From: an uncultured Nitrososphaerota archaeon
Lineage (GTDB): Archaea; Thermoproteota; Nitrososphaeria; Nitrososphaerales; Gagatemarchaeaceae
Direction: 5' to 3'
NCBI GenBank assembly: GCA_963836465.1
Contig: CAWIJZ010000071.1
Span: 1-40,000, forward strand
Length of the DNA: 40,000 nt
Shown: positions 35,891-40,000 of the stretch, piece after piece
How the letters are laid out: every line of letters starts with the position of its first letter
Numbering within the stretch: position 1 is the stretch's first letter
Notes under the pieces: model-generated
The model's database searches: none
Seen by the model: only the letters and a program-made list of their open reading frames with translations
Told to the model about the DNA's origin: nothing
Made by a program: the position numbers and the translations under genes

Positions 35891-35923
35891 GTATTATGAC
35901 AGTGGACTTACTGAGAAGCAAAA

Positions 35924-37191
35924 CTAGTGCCAGCCACTGAGTCTCATAGCAGCTACAACCCTATTCACAGAGATGGTGAGCGCGGCTCTCCTCAGGTCGA
36001 CATTCTCCTTTAGCGAGTACTCTAGGACCTGGTTGAAGGCCTTCATCATCTTGAGCTCCAGTCTCTCGTTTACCGCCTCCTCTGTCCAATGGTCCCTGTT
36101 GAGGTTCTGAACCCACTCGAAATAGGAAACCAGAACGCCCCCCGAATTCGCCAGAATGTCAGGGACAACCTTCGGTTCCGCTCTTCTCGAGGAGATGATC
36201 CGCCTGAGGTGTGGTGGGGCCGTTGGCTCCCTCAACGATAAGCTTCGCTCTTATTCTCCTCGCATTTGCCCTGGTTATCTGATTCTCAAGAGCTGCTGGA
36301 ACAAGGACATCCACCTCAGACTCCAAGAGTTCCTCGTTCGATATCTGCTCAGCGCCTTGTATCCTGCTGACAGATCCAAGTTGCTTCGAGGCATCTAGCA
36401 ACTCGTCAAATGACTGCGCAACCGATTCACCGGTTGCCCTTGCCCCTCCGACAACGTCACCTACGGCCACCACTTTGGCGCCCATATTCATTAAGCATGC
36501 GACCGTGTTCGACCCAACATTCCCGAATCCTTGCACAGCCACAGTGACATCCTTGATGCTCTTCTTCAAGAACCTCTCAACCGCCTCCCTGACGCAGATT
36601 GAGACTCCCCTTCCAGTGGCCGCGTTCCTGCCTTCAGACCCCCCTAGCTCGATGGGCTTTCCAGTCACCACGGCTGGTTCGTTGTGTCCCTTTAGCCTCG
36701 AGTATTCGTTCATTATCCACGCCATGGTTTGAGCGTTCGTGTTGACGTCTGGTGCTGGGATGTCAATATCGGGAGCCATGTCACGTTCCATGGCATCAAC
36801 GTATTTCCTCGTGAGGAACTTCGAGATCATCCTGGTTGAGCTTGGATGGGTCGACAGTTATTCCTCCCTTCGCTCCTCCGAACGGGACATCGATGACTGC
36901 CGTCTTCCAGGTCATCAACATGGCGAGGGCTTTGACCTCGCTAAGGCGGACAATTGGGTGGTACCTCAAACCGCCCTTGTATGGACCTCTGGCATTGTTG
37001 TGCTGGACTCTATACCCGATGAAGGTAGTCGAGCTTCCATCTGTCAGTTTCATGGGAAGGGAAACGGTTACTTCTCTCCTGGGGTTCTTCAGTGTTTCAT
37101 AGTAATCCGGCTCGATGGCGAGGACATCGGCAACCGACGCGAGTTGTGCGAGCGCGTTGCTGAAGGGGTCTTCCTCGGAAAATTCACTCAT
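35924..37191 (-). pseudogene. Glutamate dehydrogenase, second paralog; two frameshifts as sequenced
   Basis: There are three colinear fragments. 36796-37191 carries ...YKGGLRYHP...DVPFGGAKGG. 36159-36830 carries ...DIPAPDVNTNAQTMAWI...VAVQGFGNVGS...EGANGPTTP. 35924-36235 carries ...PDILANSGGVLVSYFEWVQN.... Confidence 0.85.
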
Positions 37192-37436
37192 TTTGTCGGT
37201 TGAGTATGTTACCCGTATATTACTCTAGCGATGGGATATGGTGCGGGAGTCCAGGAATCGAGTGGAGAAATGAGTCGTGTTGCGCCAAGGTCTTTGATGT
37301 CGTGCTGCAGCAGTTCCGACTTCCTGAGGCGGGGAGTTGGTAACTCCATACCAACCTCAAGACGCAGCATCCCACACGTAGCGCTTCGTCAAGAACTTAT
37401 TAATGCTAGGAGCTGATTTCACAAGTCGAAATTCTC

Positions 37437-38264
37437 ATGAACCTCATTAATTCAATTGAGAATGGTGCTAACAAGAGCGGTTTAGCGAGCCTTTGGTTTT
37501 TGGGAGGTTCGTCTTTCGCATTGAAATTTCAGAATAGGCCGGTAATTTTCTTCGATTTGGATGCGAGTAGATTTAACGTTGATGTCCCTCCGTCTGGTAG
37601 AGCACCAGGCTTCAAACAGATACGGACATCTTTTCTTCCTTTTGACATTCATGACATCTCGAAACCAGCTGTTTACCTTTCTACACATGAACACCTCGAT
37701 CATTGCGATAAGCTAGCCGCTTTGTCAGTAATTGCGAAAGGAGGAGTTTTTGTTGGGCCAAGATCCTCGTGTGAACAGGCGCTCCTGTGGGGCGTGTCAC
37801 CTGAGAACATAGTTTCTCTCGATGGAGAGAAGTTCGAAAGGACAAGATTCGGTGAGGTAAGCATAACCGCAGCCCCGGGCCGTGACCCAAATGCAAAGAA
37901 TTCGAATACCTATGTGGTATCTTACGATGGCGTCACAGTTCTTCATAACGGGGATTCGCTCTACGACGGTCCAACGAATCTCGAGATATCCTCAAGGTTC
38001 AAGATTGACGTTGCAGTGATAAACCTGGGAAAGAACCCAAAGGGCGAACACTGGTATCACACACCCTATGATGTAGCGAGGGCTGCTAATGACTTGAATC
38101 CTAGAGTCGTTATTCCGCACCACTACGATAAGTGGGACAAGATTCGTGAAGACCCTGCGAAGATCATGGTGGCGTTACGGTCATCGTATAGCGACGTTCT
38201 CGGACGAACTAGGCTCAAGATTATCAAGCCTGGATTTCGCATCTTGATATCATCGGATTGTTAG
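37437..38264 (+). CDS. MBL-fold metallo-hydrolase
   Basis: 275 aa. It has the HxHxDH motif (STHEHLDHCD) and a downstream His/Asp (LHNGDS, PHHYD). Confidence 0.75.
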   Translation: MNLINSIENGANKSGLASLWFLGGSSFALKFQNRPVIFFDLDASRFNVDVPPSGRAPGFKQIRTSFLPFDIHDISKPAVYLSTHEHLDHCDKLAALSVIAKGGVFVGPRSSCEQALLWGVSPENIVSLDGEKFERTRFGEVSITAAPGRDPNAKNSNTYVVSYDGVTVLHNGDSLYDGPTNLEISSRFKIDVAVINLGKNPKGEHWYHTPYDVARAANDLNPRVVIPHHYDKWDKIREDPAKIMVALRSSYSDVLGRTRLKIIKPGFRILISSDC

Positions 38265-38420
38265 AGAACTGGACTGACACGAGTGATCATCATACTTCAA
38301 CCGTTCGGGGGCTTGTCGAAGTGCTTCATGCCATCGTTGACTGATATCGCGTGACTAGAGAATATTGCAATCGTACATAATACCATCGTCAAACAACACG
38401 CGATAGCAGGGCACAAATGG

Positions 38421-39461
38421 TTATGCAACTGACATCATACTCTTTGGTCCAGCCAGAGTCGCGAACGGGAGGGTAAGATCCTTCGCGCTAAGAAGGCCAG
38501 GGGGAGAATCAATCACCCTAGGTATCATGTTGATGAGCAAAGCGATCGTACCCTGATCTCCATTCACACATGGACTTGACGAGAATCTGATGTTTGGAGT
38601 GCCTGTGATCTCAATTCTATCGTACTCCTCAGGCGAACCGATGTATGCGATGAAGTTGTATTCCAGTAGTTCTCTGCCATTTACGATTCCTACCGCCCTC
38701 TGCTCCAGGCCCGCTACCATTCCTGGCGGAATTCTTATCCAAGCACTTTGAACCCAGTCTTCAAGAACCATGGGTTTGGGTTCCTCCACGACTATTCTGT
38801 CGAGATCCCACCCAAGGGCATTGGCAACAATTGAGATAGATTGCTCCAACCCGACGTGGCCCGATATCTTCTTAGTCGAAACGGCACTCGCAAACTCATC
38901 CCGGCTTAGGCCAGCACCTATCTTTTTTTGAAATGGGATTCTCCTGCTTGCCGCGTTCATTCTTCTTGCGACACTTATCTTTTCGATTTCAACGCAAGGC
39001 GTGGTGAGAACCAAAGGTAAAACGTCCATCAAGAAGCCCGGGTTAATTCCAGTTCCCAGAATACTCACATCATGCCGCTTTGCCAGCAGGTCTAACTGCT
39101 CCGCCAGCTTCGGTTCTTTATGGTATGGGAAGGAGAGCTCTTCACAAGAAGAGATGATATTGACATCGTTCAGAACTATTCTCTCCAGCTCTGGATAGAC
39201 CTTCGAAAGATAGCTCGAAGTGGTATGGATAACTACATCTGGTCTTGTATCGTTGAGTACCTTGTCCAGATTGCTCGATATGCTTACGTTGAGTTTCTTG
39301 CCGAGGTCTATTACTTCGCCCAAGTCTTTCCCTACTTTATTCGAGTCGATATCTATCGCTCCTACGATGTCGATCCAACCCTTCTTCTCACAGATAGTCC
39401 TGGCGACGGCGCTTCCGATGACGCCCACGCCAAAGCAGACTGCCTTTATCCGCCGAGTCAA
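38421..39461 (-). CDS. DapB-N-like NAD(P)-dependent oxidoreductase (2,4-diaminopentanoate dehydrogenase / amine dehydrogenase family)
   Basis: 346 aa. It has an N-terminal Rossmann motif (KAVCFGVGVIGSAV) and the family-like segments LGTGINPGFLMD and ...GHVGLEQSI.... Confidence 0.6.
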   Translation of the reverse strand: MTRRIKAVCFGVGVIGSAVARTICEKKGWIDIVGAIDIDSNKVGKDLGEVIDLGKKLNVSISSNLDKVLNDTRPDVVIHTTSSYLSKVYPELERIVLNDVNIISSCEELSFPYHKEPKLAEQLDLLAKRHDVSILGTGINPGFLMDVLPLVLTTPCVEIEKISVARRMNAASRRIPFQKKIGAGLSRDEFASAVSTKKISGHVGLEQSISIVANALGWDLDRIVVEEPKPMVLEDWVQSAWIRIPPGMVAGLEQRAVGIVNGRELLEYNFIAYIGSPEEYDRIEITGTPNIRFSSSPCVNGDQGTIALLINMIPRVIDSPPGLLSAKDLTLPFATLAGPKSMMSVA

Positions 39462-39774
39462 CCCGAACGAGGGCAGACAAACTCCTGATTTAATCTTGTC
39501 GAAGTGAATAGCACAAATAGGCTCACCAGATTCTCTTTCTCAGCCCCTACTGGCATCCGACTGACTTGTAGCACGTTTCTGCTGTCGGCTCCTTCGCTGC
39601 CGCGACTCCAACGAAGATCTCTCGAAGACGACTGCATTAATTGACGAACTCTGGTGCGATGCGCATGCCGCCAGCAGCTCCCCGTCTGTAGTCTCACCAC
39701 GATTGTGGAGGAATGCTGCGTCAGACAAGAGATAAAAAGAAAACAAATATCGAGCATAAGGCACAGATTGGGTA

Positions 39775-40000
39775 TGTACAAAGAATTGGGAGTAAGACGA
39801 GTAATAAACGGTCAGTTCCCTGTATCACGCCTGGGCGGGTCGGTATTACCGAAAGAAGTTCTTGATGCAATGATCGAACCTACAGGAAATTGGTGCTCGA
39901 TATGGGAACTTGAAGAGAGAGCAGGCGATGCGATAGCAAGAATCTGTGGAGCCCAAGCGGCCCACGTGACGTCTGGAGCGTATGCAGGGCTCGTCCTGAG
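39775..40000 (+). CDS. SelA/DgaE-like PLP-dependent enzyme, N-terminal part; the gene runs off the right window edge
   Basis: Not in the ORF track because the window truncates it. From the ATG at 39775 it reads MYKELGVRRVINGQFPVSRLGGSVLPKEVLDAMIEPTGNWCSIWELEERAGDAIARICGAQAAHVTSGAYAGLVL. The pattern G-V-x-x-V-I-N-x(5,7)-LGGS-x-(L/M)-P-x-EV-x-x-AM ... A-x-VTSGA-x-x-GL is typical of the SelA-related family. Confidence 0.5.

Noticed and set aside
35749-35940. 63-aa ORF encoding MSGAAYLFLSLSGAAYLFLSLS...
   Set aside because: It is just the translation of the 30-bp tandem repeat (a 10-aa periodic peptide), and it lies in an intergenic promoter position.

Overview
This looks like an archaeal chromosomal segment. 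The evidence is the F420 side-chain genes cofE-cofD-cofC, gatC-gatA-gatB, an ISH3/IS4-like insertion sequence, and TATA-like boxes about 25-30 nt upstream of start codons.

The main feature is a complete, compact casposon of about 5.9 kb at 325-6203. It encodes a Cas1-type integrase (casposase) and a family-B DNA polymerase. It is bounded by perfect ~102-bp terminal inverted repeats and a perfect 14/15-bp target-site duplication. Its other genes form a tightly overlapping operon: an RHH protein, a Ser/Thr-rich beta-type protein, two small membrane proteins and an HTH protein. None of these can be assigned, and they look more virus-like than typical transposon cargo.

The remaining ~34 kb is mostly metabolic or housekeeping:
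- cyclase-family hydrolase, extended SDR, Ldh_2 dehydrogenase
- NitT/TauT-type ABC transporter parts
- two glutamate dehydrogenase paralogs
- amidohydrolase, Mrp/ApbC, M20 peptidase, moaB/moaC
- FAH-family hydrolase, CocE/NonD hydrolase, aldo-keto reductase
- MBL hydrolase, DapB-like amine dehydrogenase, SelA-like PLP enzyme

Other points worth a second look:
- A ~1.2-kb ISH3-like IS with 22-bp TIRs sits in the 3' end of a gene, just upstream of the ABC ATPase.
- Nine TTGACCGAT-like iterons lie in 9-bp register in an ORF-poor gap.
- There are 5.5 perfect copies of a 30-bp unit immediately upstream of the aldo-keto reductase start.
- About ten genes are interrupted by single-base frameshifts, including the normally indispensable gatA. 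Several of these fall at mononucleotide runs, which suggests sequencing or assembly indels as much as true decay.

I recognised no rRNA, tRNA or CRISPR array. All calls rest on reading the sequence and ORF translations by eye; no searches were run.
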